DNA of 62,963 nt, counting the filler, from Chiloscyllium plagiosum (Eukaryota): NCBI RefSeq assembly GCF_004010195.1. It is 4 parts of one record of this genome, joined end to end, with 100 filler letters (N's around TTAATTAATTAA, not from the genome) between each part and the next. Parts side by side here need not be neighbours in the genome. Positions count along the whole stretch, not along the records: positions 21,537 to 42,304 come from NC_057717.1; positions 42,405 to 56,597 come from NC_057717.1; 2 more parts are not named here. The stretch is one strand, 5' to 3'. Positions 40,131-52,581 of the stretch are shown here, one piece after another. The notes under the pieces are model-generated. The model was not told the DNA's origin, did no database searches, and worked only from the letters and a program-made list of their open reading frames with translations. Position numbers and translations under genes: made by a program. Positions within the stretch are counted from its first letter, which is position 1. Each line of letters opens with the position of its first letter.

Positions 40131-40849
40131 TTTTGATGGCGCTGACTGCGCTGATGCTAATCTTCACGCCGACAGCCAATCCGCGTTGTCACAGTCCCTT
40201 GGTCCTTTCTGTCGAACAGCACTGCATTTATGAATACCATGAATCCGTCGACTGCATTGCAAACTGTGTCTCACTCCATAGCGAGAGAGGTTGATGTTTC
40301 AATGAATATAAGGCTATTGTAAAAATGATACAATTCGACATAGGAACAACAGTATGTCTTTCCGCTCACTGAGTCTGCTTTTCTACTCAAGTAGATGAGA
40401 TCTATTTTGATAATCCCCCATTCCACTTCTCTGCATTGTCCTCATAAACCTTGTATAAAAATCAGTCTGCCTCAACCCTGAATATATTTAATGAGCCAGC
40501 CTCAACAGCCCACAGAATCTTCTACAAATTTTCCCTCTCACTGATGTGAGACATGGTGGTCTTTAGTCCCATGCGGTATTTCTCGCACTCTGTTTGAAAG
40601 TTGTATCAATATTAGATATTATCCTGTCCTATCACATCTTCTCTGTGGCCAGAGGCAAAACAAAAATGAAAGGTTAAGAGACTGCAATCTCCTCACTCAT
40701 CTTCCACGTCAGCCTAAGATACAGCTCATCCTGATCTGTGGATTTTCCCACTCTCTATCGCTCATAAACTTCCAAATCTTCGTCAGCTTCTGTATCAATT
40801 CACTCAACGATCACACGGTCTCTCTCCCTGAATGCAGGAACTCCTTCCT

Positions 40850-42070
40850 CAAAGTGAAGACCGAAAGAAAGTCCCCGTTTAACATATTCTCTGGCTCCGT
40901 GCACCCCCTTAGTCCATAATACTCCCACTTCTCTCTCGTGTTATCCTCTTCCCCTCAATAAACCGAAAGAATGTCTATGAATTCTTGCTAATCTTACTCT
41001 CGAATGTTTTAACTCCCCGCCTCCACTTCTGCTCTTCTACCGACTTTTTTAAGTTTAGCCCTTCACGTTCTATATTCTTTTTGGACCTCCATTGACCTGC
41101 TCATTTTGTAACTGCTTTAAGCTTCTCTTTCCTTTTTAATTCTGTTCGAAATTTGTGTCGACATCTGAGGTTCTCTTGGCTTGTTTTCCTAAATTGTATC
41201 TGCGGTGTAACATGCTGGTCCGACACTGTCATCAATTCCATTTTGATCAAGTGATCCCCCAACCCCCCGCCCCACGCTGTTCTGCTACAGTTTCACCCAG
41301 AAGGAACTGTACTTTGGCCAGATCCTGTCATATTTTTTCATAAAATCGGTCTCTCAAATCCAATAAGCTTTTATTTTTCAAACATTTTTGGGCCTTTTCC
41401 TTAGCAAACTCAAAACATATGAGTCACGGCCACTAGTCATTTCCAATCTTGCCTGTAACATCTTACTGGTTTCTTTCCCCACGGTGAGGCCCAGCATAGC
41501 CCCGCCCATTGTTGTAACTGCTATATGTTGATATAAGGAGCTCTGTGGAATAATTTTGGAGGCATCTGTCCCCTCTAAAAAAGTTATCACTGCCTGAATG
41601 AATATTTGGAATTGAAATGCCTGAATATAATGATCATATTGTTATATTAACACACCTCAGGAAATTGGTTTTATATCAGCTCCTGTACTTTCTTTTATCT
41701 GGGAGTCTACAATATATCCCCAACGGTGTGTCTCTCATGGTTTTGATCCTGAGCTCTAACCACCAAGCCTCACTAGAAGGTCCTTCTTACTGCAGGAACT
41801 GACTCCATAATTAATAATTTAAAAACACTTCCTCTTTTACCACCTCTCCTGTCATGCCTATAGATCTTGTACCACTGGATATTGTGTTGTCAGCCCTGAC
41901 CTCCCTCAAACACATCTCTGTGATGGTAAAAATGTCACAATTCCCCATTTCACCTTGTTCCCTTATCATCTCTGTCTGTTGGATAATATTCCCAACATAG
42001 AGGTAAATGACATCCAATCTGGAATATAACACCTGGAATAATCTATAACGCGGAGTTCTTCGGTCATTCA
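40850..42070 (-). mobile_element. Old CR1-clade LINE endonuclease-region remnant
   Basis: Decayed CDIFTITE... segment (41811-42071) and further CR1-like sequence. Confidence 0.55.
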
Positions 42071-42075
42071 TTGTT

Positions 42076-42304
42076 TGAACATAGAAGAATACAGCGCAGT
42101 ACAGGCCCTTCGGCCCTCGATGTTGCGCCGATCCAAGCCCACCTAACCTACACTAACCCACTATCCTCCATATGCCTATCCAATGCCCGCTTAAATGCCC
42201 ATAATGAGGGAGAGTCCACCACTGCTACTGGCAGGGCATTCCATGAACTCACGACACGCTGAGTAAAGAACCTACCCCTAACATCTGTCCTATACCTAAC
42301 CCCC
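42076..42304 (-). mobile_element. Young CR1 3' end running into a gap
   Basis: Nearly identical to 47876-48104; (TGTTCTA)-type tail. Confidence 0.85.
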
Positions 42305-42404
42305 NNNNNNNNNNNNNNNNNNNNNNNNNNNNNNNNNNNNNNNNNNNNTTAATTAATTAANNNNNNNNNNNNNNNNNNNNNNNNNNNNNNNNNNNNNNNN
42401 NNNN
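42305..42404. other. 100-bp scaffold gap with TTAATTAATTAA linker
   Basis: 44 N + linker + 44 N. Confidence 0.97.
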
Positions 42405-42908
42405 CCCTGTGGCTCAACATTTCAACTCCCCCTCCCACTCTGCCAAGGAATTGGAGGTCCTGGGCCTCCTTCACCGCCGCTCCCTCACCACCAGACGCCT
42501 GGAGGAAGAATGCCTCATCTTCCGCCTCGGAACACTTCAACCCCAGGGCATCAATGTGGACTTCAACAGATTCCTCATTTCCCTTTCCGCCACCTCATCC
42601 GAGTTTCAAACTTCCATCACCGCACTGTCCCCTTGACTTGTCCGGACTTGTCCGACCTGCCTAGCTCCTTTTCCACCTATCCACTCCACCCTCTCCTCCC
42701 TGACCTATCACCTTCATCTCCTCCCCCACTCACCCATTGTACTCTATGCTACTCTCTCCCCACCCACACCCTCCCCTAGCTTATCTCTCCATGCTTCAGT
42801 CTCTCTGCCTTTATTTTTGATGAAGGGCTTTTGCCCGAAACGCCGTTTTTCTGCTCGTTGGATGCTGCCTGAATTGCTGTGCTCTTCCAGCACCACTGAT
42901 CCAGAATA
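42405..42908 (+). mobile_element. Penelope-like family 1, 3' end (GIY-YIG C-terminus and tail)
   Basis: AQHFNSPSHSAKELEVLGL...EECLIFRLGTLQPQGINVDF; homologous to 15570-16160. Confidence 0.9.
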
Positions 42909-43019
42909 CTTCTCCAGTTAGCCCGTTCCATCCCCTACAACTCGCTCGATTACTGTAACACCCTCTGACCCTTCTAATCCTCCTCTTTTTCACTGTCTTC
43001 CAGGCACAACAGCAATCCT

Positions 43020-46000
43020 TTGAGGGAGCAGTGCGGAATGGGATATAATAAATCTCAGCTCAGGCATGAGGAGTACAATTACCTGGGAATCACAAAGGGT
43101 CAGAACCTGAGAGCGAGCAACACAGAGCGGGAGAATATAAATCAGTAGTGAGGATTGAGGCCGACTGGGATTTGGTGTTGGAGAAACAGCAGAGCAGGAG
43201 GCTGAAAATCAGCACGGAGTCACAGAGGGAGTGACCGTGTGATGGAACAATTTTGAGCAGGAGCTTGAGGCTCACTCACACCTGGAAGTTAGAGGCACCA
43301 AAATGTGAGGAAATAAATCAGCACTGAGGATCGAGGCCTAGTCGTACTGGGAGTCACAGAGACGGTGACACTCTGAGGGAGCAGAGTGGAGTGTGAGCTG
43401 GTGGATTACTCGTACCTGGTGACCCTATGAGGTCTCCACAGAAGTAAATGAAAGTTGATTTGCTGATAATAAACCGTTACTTGCTGTAACTTGCTGCAAA
43501 ATGGCATTTTCTTTCATGGAATTAGTGCTGAAGGCTGAAATATCAATAATAATTGAAAGTCTGAATCAGTATAATAAAGAATCTCAGTCAGCTACAGACC
43601 GATAAGGGAATGCATGTGAAACGTATGCCTCTGATGTTAACTTTATCCAACGTAATTCATTGAGTAAGACTAAACACGTTTCAGCTTATGTTGTGGTAGT
43701 GCTGGTTGGTCAAATGGGAAACGTTTTCTGTTACATTGGGAAGTCATAGCCCCTGCTGGTGTTTGAGATGAACACTGGATCCTGCAGCTCAGTTAATGAC
43801 TGGATATTCTGTGAGACATCTATGACGCTGAGAGTTCGGTGGATAAAACTTAAAAGGAGGGGATCACACTGGTGTCATAGCGGCCCGTAAGAAGGAAGGG
43901 AATGGGTGATCAGTTAAGAGATACCATCAGGGAGTACAGGATTACCCTGGTGGGGGGGGGGGGGGGGGGGTGAGGTGAGGCTCCCTCCCCATTCAGTTTC
44001 CCAGTTTGGAAGCTGATGAAGATGTGGGCTGCTCAGAGGAATGCAGTCAGAGCCATATCTGTGGTACCACAAGCAGCCTGACTGTACAGGAGGGGAGGGA
44101 GAAGGAAGGAGGGGCGATAGTCACAGAGCAGTCAGGAAAGTGAAGAAAGTGTCAGCGTTTCTGTGACTGTCAATGTAATTCCAGGATCGTGGTATCAAGA
44201 ATGTCACTGTGTCCATCAAGTCTGCTCCACCATTCACATTTGACTGATCGGCTTTTCAAGCCCGTTTTCCTTCTTTCCCCCTTTGATCTCATGGCAATCA
44301 AGAACTTTTCTATCTGTGTTTTATATCTACTAAATGACCTTGCATCCACAGCCTTCAGTGGCAATGAGATCCACAGATTCCCCACTCTCTGGATGAAGAC
44401 GTTTCCCCTTATCTCCGATCTAAAAGGTTTTCCCTTTACTCGAAGGCTGTGCCCTTGGTTACTCGTCTCTCCTGTCCACTCTGTCCAAGCTATTCAGTAT
44501 TCTGTAAGTTTCAATCAGATCTCCCCTTGTCCTTCTAAACCCCATCATTTGTAGTCCCAGAGCCCTCAAACATTCCTCATCTGCTGAGCCTTTCATTTCT
44601 GGGATTTTTCTTGTGAACTTTCCCTGGACCTGATCCAGGTCCAATGCATCCTTCCTGATGTATGGAGCCCAAAGTCTGACGTATTCAAAAATGATATAAA
44701 GGAAAGCAAAGGATGAAGTGTCGAAGTATTGGTTCAGGATAGTGTTAATTAATGAGTCTGAGATTAAGTTGATGCCTTCAAGTTCAGAATGAATTTGGCT
44801 GGAGCTTTAGTAAAAAAAACCTACAAGGTTACGCTGTGAGTGACCGTCTGTGGGCTGCCAACTAGTGAAAATGATACAGAGATGGCAACGTGATAGTGTT
44901 GAGAAACTTGCATTATCCAGATACAGGCTGGGATACTGCAGTGACGGATTGCATGGAGGAGAGCTTACTGCAGGAGTATGTGCCCACCCCAAGGGACCAT
45001 GTCCTGTTGAAACGTGTTGGGGAAAGTGGAATCAGTATCAGGCGGGAACATTTTCAGGCACGATGATCATTTTATTGTAACGCTCAGGATGATGGTAGAG
45101 ACTGCTATGCATTGACTGAGTTTGAGAAAAATCAATCGACTGAGAGATGCCTTCAGTGGGGCAAGAATGAATCTGGGAAGGTATGACCGGAAGACCAAGT
45201 TGGTCAGAAAAAGAAAAAATGAACAATGGGCTCCCTTCAATGGCTTGGGTCTGTTCGAGGAATATTTCCTCGCACAGGAAAGGCAGGGTAATCAAACCCA
45301 ATGCTCCCTCGGTGACAATGGAGCAAAAGGTTAAGGTGAAGAAGAACAATTGAAGAGCTGTCAGATAGAGAACAATAAAGTGAACCTGGAGAAATGCTGA
45401 AGGTTCAGGGTAGAGATGATACAGCGGAGAGAATTATGAGAAAACGGAAAGGCAACATAAAGTTGTCACACTTCTAAGGGAGCGTGCAAAAAGGTGGAGT
45501 AAGGCTGATTCAACACTTAAAAGAGGATTTATACTGAAAAGAAGGGGAATGGCTGAGTGTGAGCTGAATACTTCATCTCTTTCTTTACCAAAGTGGCCGA
45601 ACCCACCCAGGCCATGGTGACAGAGGAGGAAACTCTGTCACTCGAAAGGAACAACATTGATGAGGAATATCTTTGTGGCATAGGCAACAAACATGTTTCA
45701 CTACTTTTCCCTCGATATATGTGACATGAAATCATTCATTCATTCATTCTTGCATGGAATGAAAGGGACTGTATCAATTTGGACACAAAATTGACTGGAA
45801 ATCGTGAGGAATGGTAGGAAGTCGAGAGGAATAGTCACTCGATTTTTAATTCGGCTGGGGATAGATTTTCAGTGAAGTTCCGCAGGATTCAGTTTTGGTG
45901 ACCTCATTCATTTTGATATGTATGAACGATGTACATCTGGTGTGCAGGGACCCATTCAAAGTTTACAGTTGACACAGCACTTAAAGAAATTGTAAACTGT

Positions 46001-46640
46001 GAGGAAAACGGTTTGAACTCTAAACTTACATTGCCAACTTCTTAGAACAGTAGAGAGGTGATTGATGAAGTTTGGCAGATTGAAACATGAGACAATGCAA
46101 GCTTCTAGTAAGAACATTAATTGACAATATAAAATAGGCAGGAATATAGGAGCACAGGATATGTAAAGATCATTGAAGTTTGTAGGACATTAAACACAGT
46201 CAAAGCAGACAGTGTTCCTGTCTTTATAAATACTGACATTTCAGGAGTAAAGAGGTGATGTTGAACTTGCATCAAACACATTCGACTTCAACTGTGTCAC
46301 ATGATCAGACGGATATGAATACATTGGAAAGGATGAAGAACTGATCTAAAAGAATATTTCCAGGAATGAGTAAGACCAGTTATGAAGTCAGACTGTTGCA
46401 ACTGTTCTCACTGAAGTGAAGGTGGCTAAGAGGATGAAGTTTTTCAAATTCATAGGCAGGCTGAATGGATTAGATTGGATAAAACTGTGCCCACTCACAA
46501 AAGGAGAGGACACAGATTTCAGTTTGTGTACAATAAGAGAACTATGATAGAAGTAAGAACCTTTTCACTTGGCGAGTAGTTAGGATGTGTTGTAATAGGA
46601 TGTTCAAGAGGGTGATTGGATGATTATTGCGACTAAAACA
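43020..46640 (+). mobile_element. Heavily decayed long CR1-clade LINE (repetitive 5' region, ORF1, ORF2 remnants), with an antisense CR1 3' end inserted at about 44200-44690
   Basis: ORF1-like remnants at 43700-44200, a VPQDSVL-like RT segment at about 45875, and a 3' remnant up to 46640. The antisense insert encodes DQVQGKFTRKIPEMKG. Confidence 0.6.
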
Positions 46641-46687
46641 AATGTGTAATTGTTGTGTTTCTGTTCGTCGAGCTGGGAATTTGCATT

Positions 46688-46727
46688 GTAGACGTTTCGT
46701 CCCCTGTCTAGGTGACATCCTCAGTGC
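46688..46727 (-). ncRNA. Minimal type I hammerhead ribozyme motif (one stem I mismatch)
   Basis: GCA-CTGAGGA-TGTCACCTAGACAGGGGAC-GAAAC-GTC-TAC on the minus strand. Confidence 0.7.
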
Positions 46728-47769
46728 TTGGGATCCTCCTGTGAAGCGCTTCTGTGATGTTTAATCCAGCATTTATACAGGTTTGTCTCTGCCGCTTCCG
46801 GTTGTCAGTTCCAGCTGTCCGCTGCAGTGGCCGGTATATTGGGTTCAGGTCGATGTGTTTGTTGATAGAATCTGTGGATGAGTGCCATGCCTCTAGGAAT
46901 TCCCTGGCTGTTTTTGATTTGGCTTGTCCTATAATAGTAGTATTGTCCCAGTCGAACTCATGTTGCTTGTCATCTGCGTGTGTGGCAGAACACCGAATGG
47001 AGAATTCACCACAAAGGTATACAGGAAAGCCACACACAGAGACCAAGTCCTGAACTACGCAAGCAGCCACCCCAACACACACAAAAGAAGTTGCATCAAG
47101 ACACTGTTCAAAAGGGCCAGAACCCACTGCAGCACACCAGAACTGCAAAAAGAGGAAGAACACCCCTACAATGTATTCTCCAAAAACGGATACCCCCGCA
47201 ATTTCATCAACAGATGCCTAAGGGAAAGACAACGGAATGAGGACATGCCACAACCCAAAGGACCAGCCACGTTACCATACATCAAAAACATTGCTGAACT
47301 GACAGCCAGACTACTACGACCACTAAGACTCATAACAGCACACAAACCAACAGCCACACTCAATCAACAACTCACCAGGACGAAGTACCCGATACCCAGC
47401 ATGAGCAAAACTAATGAAGTGTACAAAATCCCATGCAAGGACTGCGCAAATCACTACATAGGACAAACAGGAAGACAGCTAACGATCCGCATCCATGCAC
47501 ACCAGCTAGCCATGAAACGACATGACCAGCTATCCTCAGTCGCCACACACTCAGATGACAAGCAACATGATTTTGACTGGGACAACAGTACTATTATAGG
47601 ACAAACCAAACAGAGAACAGCCAGGGAATTCCTAGAGGCATGGCACTTATCCATAGATTCTATCAACAAACACATCGGACAGCTGGAACTGACAACCGGA
47701 AGCAGCAGATACAAACCTGTATAAATGCCGGAGGGAACATCACAGAAGGGCTTCGCAGGAGGCTCCCAA

Positions 47770-47809
47770 GCACTGAGGATGTCACCTAGACAGGGGACGA
47801 AACGTCTGC
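47770..47809 (+). ncRNA. Minimal type I hammerhead ribozyme motif, intact core
   Basis: GCA-CTGAGGA-TGTCACCTAGACAGGGGAC-GAAAC-GTC-TGC: CUGANGA and GAAA boxes, stem II GTCACC/GGGGAC, stem I GCA/TGC, and a GUC triplet ending at 47806. Confidence 0.8.
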
Positions 47810-47866
47810 AACACAATCTCCCAGCTCGGCGAACAGAACCACAACAACGAGCATCCGAACTACAAA

Positions 47867-48472
47867 TAGAACATAGAACATAGAAGAATACAGCGCAGTA
47901 CAAGCCCTTTGGCACTCGATGTTGCGCCGATCCAAGCCCACCTAACCTACACTAGCCCACTATCCTCCATATGACTATCCAATGCCCGCTTAAATGCCCA
48001 TAAAGAGGGAGAGTCCACCACTGCTACTGGCAGTGCATTCCATCAACTTACGACTCGCTGAGTAAAGCACCTACCCCTAACATCTGTCCTATACCTACCA
48101 CCCCTTAATTTAAAGCTATGCCCCCTCGTAATAGCTGACTCGGCGACCAAAACTGCACACAATACTCCAGATGCGGCCGCACCAGAGTCTTATACAACTG
48201 CAACATGATCTCAGGACTCCGGAACTCAATTCCTCTACCAATAAAAGCCAGTAAGCCATATGCCTTCTTCACCGCACTATTTACCTGTTTGGCAACTTTC
48301 AAAGATCTGTGTACATGGACACCAAGATCCTTCTGCTCATCCACACTACCAAATATCCGACCATTAGCCCAGTACCCCATCTTTTGGTTACTCTTATCAA
48401 AGTGAATCACCTCACACTTAGCTACATTGAACTCCATTTGCCACCTTTATGCTCAGTTCTGCAGCTTATCTA
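47867..48472 (-). mobile_element. Young CR1 3' end with an internal deletion
   Basis: (TGTTCTA)n tail; MEFNVAKCEVIHF...LYKTLVRPHLEYCVQFWSP. Confidence 0.92.
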
Positions 48473-48569
48473 TATAATCTTCTCACAAACTTAGAGAAAT
48501 GTGGAATGGTATGGGAGAAAGCAAGAGATCACTACACTGTAATGAACTCAGATGAAAAGCTGGTGTAAA

Positions 48570-49700
48570 CATCATGGGTCAAATGACACCCTCTTGCCTT
48601 ACTATTTCTTTGTGGATTGGTGCGATTCTCAAGAGTTCTTCAACTCTAATTATACTGTGTCTTCATAACCTCATTGATCCTGTGCGATCCGTTTTTACCT
48701 CTGAAACATCTATCAGTCAAAGCACCCCTCCTTATCTCTGTAACTCATACAGACCATTTTATAAAACTTCTTTCTCTGCAATCTCCTCTAAATACTCCCC
48801 CTCTATGTAATAATTCTCAAGGCCTGACAGCTTTGTCTGTAATTACTCCGATATATAGAAAACTCCCAATCTTTACAATTTCTTCCACCTCACACAATCA
48901 TCACCCAATCATCAGGGTCACTAACTCCCTTCCGCCCTGATAAATCTCATGATCTCCATAACCTCCTCCAGCCATTACACTATTCATTATACAGTGCACC
49001 TTTCTCCATCCCTTACAAATCTGCCCATCTCTTAAACTTCCTCAAGTTCCTACAAAGTTCCCTGTTGTCTGACGTGCTCCAATGTGTGACCTGTTGTGTA
49101 AGATCCCCAGGCCCTACAGCACTCCCTATTCTGTAACCACCTACACAGCTCCCTATCTCTGCAGCCTCCACATTCTAAATCCCACCCTACTGTGAAAACA
49201 CCTCCAGCTCTCCTTATTTCTGTAATCACCACCAGATCAAAAGAACACTCTATGTATCTCAAATCTTCATTAGCCCCTTCAAATCTCACTGTCTCTGAAA
49301 TTCCTCGGCTACTGCAATACTCTCTATGAAATCTTCCAAGAAAAGTCACATTCTTTTCAGGAGAACCTCGTCTTATTAATCTCCTACAGTGCCAATGCAA
49401 GGTTTTCTTTTGTCTTCTGCAAGTTCTCTATCTCAAACCCTTCACCTATAACGTCCTTATTATCTCTAATCTCATTCACAAACTTGATCGGCCTGTACGT
49501 CTGTGACCTTCTCCAGGAGGAGGAATGGCTTTTCAGGAGTCGGTGTAGATTTTGTGTTTGGAGGATGTCATAAATGTTTGACTGTTTGTAGAAAGTAGAG
49601 GATTTACAGAGATAGGGTGGGTGACAGAACATGAGGGATGTCACAGAGACTGATATCTGTAGGCACAGAGAAAATAATCTGTGGTTTGCCTGTTTGACTA
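48570..49700. repeat. Diverged pyrimidine-rich tandem array built on a CCCTATCTCTGTAAC..CTCCAG motif
   Basis: The motif recurs at about 48730, 48800, 49125, 49150 and 49210, and inverted near 49600. Confidence 0.55.
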
Positions 49701-51013
49701 TAATTTGAAGAGGAAAAATGCTATTAAACTGCAAATGTATGGGCCTATTAGTGAGTTTGGGATCTGTCTGTTCTAACGCTGGGACTCCATACTGAAATAG
49801 GTGTGAGCAGCTGACCCCGAAATTGCTGGGCAGAATCTGTAATCTTCCAAGCCATATGTGAGAGATCAGTTCCAGGATAGCTGAGAGCAGCTGACAATAT
49901 TCAGGCAAGGCAGGAAGCATGGGATTTTGCTGATCTGATTGTGGGACTCATTTCCAGAATGGATGTGAGTAGCTATAAATACCTAATGCGCTGGGCTGGT
50001 TCAGGTCTGAACGTACTTACCTATTCTGTATCCATATCTGCATGTGACTCCGAACTGACATTGTTACAACAGAAGTGACTGCTTAAAAACAGCAATTCCC
50101 AGGTAGGAATACTTGACCAGGGTCAACTCAACAGAGCCTCAGATAAGATTAACTTCTCACTTTCTGAAATGTTACAATTGAAAAGTATTTTATGAGAACA
50201 ATACTTGTTTCATCTGGTGTGAATTCAGTCTGCATCATTGACCCGAATCTCTATGGTAGGACAGATCAGTTCACCTGTCACAGTGCGGGCTCTATCTGTA
50301 GGCCTTGTGTACCTTAACCACTTCTCACAACACAACCTAGCCCTCCCACCATCTCCCACATCTGATACAGACAGACACAAGTATCATTTTCATTAGGTTT
50401 CGTGGAGAGTTTCTCTTTGTAAGTTTACAGTAGACAAAATATTGATCTGGCTGGTCCAACTCACTTTTCACTTCAACCAAAACCTAAATCTATATTTGTC
50501 ATGGTTATCTCCTTCAACCCCTAGAACAATCCATATCTCTATAATATCCCGCTGTCTTCGCACGTCTTCCTGTCACTGTAAACTTTTCCCAAGTTTGCAT
50601 TCATTATGGTTTCTGGCACTTGCTGTCATCCCCAAATTCCTTCCTGCTTTTTCAACAAGGCTAATGAAACAATAGAAAAAATAGAATGAAACAAGACAGA
50701 TATAACTGCAGTATGACCTAGACTGAGAACCAAATAATCAAAGGCTTTCAGCATTTATACAAGAAGGAGAAAAAGACCACCCCAGTGAAGTAGCATTGTG
50801 TATAAAGGCGAGGATCAGTATTACTGTGATGCTAATCAATTTACACACTACTCCTCTCTGTCCTTTCCCTGATCCCTTTACATTGATTCTCTCGATATTG
50901 TCTAAATATTACAAATTTCTTCAACACAGAAGAGATTACTCGCGAAATGGTCTGCACTTACTAAAAAGGTGCCAGCCAGCTTCATCCTTTCAAAAAAAAA
51001 ATCATTGTTATAA

Positions 51014-51301
51014 TTAAATTACATTACAGTGTGGAAACAGGCCCCTCGGCCTAACAAGTCCACAGCAACCCGCCGAAGCACAACCCCCCCCCCATTTCCC
51101 TACGGGCAATTTAGCATGGCCAATTCGCCTAACCTGCGAATTTCTGGACTGTGGGAGGAAACCGGAGCACACGGAGGAAACCCACGCAGACACAGGGAGA
51201 ATGTGCCAACTCCACACAGTCAACCGCCTGAGGCGGGAATTGAACCCAAGTCCATGGCGCTGTGAGGCAGCAGTGCTAACCACTGTGCCACCGTGCCGCC
51301 C
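51014..51301 (-). mobile_element. HE1-type V-SINE, full length
   Basis: A box, B box, V core and tail all present. Confidence 0.92.
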
Positions 51302-52581
51302 ACAAAAGCTGTGGGACTTCAGGTTCAGATCTAGGCACATTTTTAAAATTTTCCAGAGTTTCTGCTTCGACTCCACTTCCATGCATCACTCCCAGATCCC
51401 TTCCTTACTCTGGGTGAAATAACAACTTTCCTCACTACTTCTCTAATATTTCATCCAATTACATTAAATATTTGCTGCTGGTAACTGAGCTCTCCAATAC
51501 GAACAAGACAGTCTCTCCCTCTCTATCCAGGCCCTTGACAACATGTGCAGGTTAATCAAATCTCCTCTCAGCATCCTCCACTTCAACCTTTCCTCATAAC
51601 TGCATTTTCACTTTCCCACGATAATAAACCTCTTCTGTACTATCTCTAAGAGTGAAACATGCTCGAAGCGTCAATTCTCCTGGCACTCTGATGCTACCAG
51701 ACCTGCTCTTTGACTCTAAGTTCCAGCATCTGCAATCCTCACATTCTTCTGTACACTCTCCATTCTAATTCCATCCTTCCATGTGGTATAGTGACCAGAA
51801 TTGCATGCAGCACACTGTGACTGAACGAATTACTTATACAGTTCTCGTATAAGATTCCTGCTCTTACATTCTGCACTTGAACTGTGAGAGGAAATAGTGC
51901 CATCGGCTGCCTTATATAGAGCATTAACGAGCCCGGCTCCCTTCAGGGATATGTCCTGAGATTTTCTAATGGACCGTTCTTCCTGCCTCGCAGAATTCTG
52001 ATCTGTTAGTATTCAGTCAGCCCTTTGCTTCATACTAAACAAAGCTACAATTACAGCAGGTCTCTGACACTTTGCCTCTACCTAGTGAGGAACCGAAAAT
52101 GATGGACAATGAGAAAACATGGCTGGTAATTTTCCTCCCCAGCTTCTTTTAATAGAATGGGACAGTGTGTTTGTCACCCTCAAGGATGTGAATCTCTTTT
52201 ATAGCTCCTCTCTAAGTTTATAACTTACAATATTTTGCACTACAAAATCTGCACAAGACAAGGGCCTGAATCTTTTGTTCTGGTCAATCTTAGTTCTGTC
52301 AGTTTCATGGAGGGTTTGTCTCCACACGTCTCAGTGAATGTTCTCATGATAACATCCTCAATCTGCCTCATTAACTACCTTTCCTGCCTCTATGTCCTTT
52401 TTTTCATCTGATCCGAGCCCAATGATTATTTTACGGTTTGTTATAGGCATAGAAACTGCCTACTGCCTGGATATCCCAGAATGCACCAGATTCCCTTTTA
52501 CAGATGCCATTTTTAAAAAGTTATTACTCTTGGATTGTCACTCCAATACTGCCCTGGACATGGTGGAGGTGTGGGTGAGGT

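Larger units (their letters stand above)
46650..47866 (+). mobile_element. Penelope-like retroelement, family 2: 5'-truncated RT thumb + GIY-YIG preceded by an inverted copy of its own 3' end
   Basis: TKVYRKATHRDQVLNYASSHP and EVYKIPCKDCANHYIGQTGR. 46650-46986 is the reverse complement of 47542-47847. Confidence 0.93.

Noticed and set aside
46708..47163. 151-aa minus-strand ORF as a separate gene
   Set aside because: It is a chimera across the inversion junction: antisense PLE sequence joined to the inverted GIY-YIG C-terminus.
49384..49920. 178-aa ORF
   Set aside because: No recognisable domain; it partly overlaps a degenerate repeat array.
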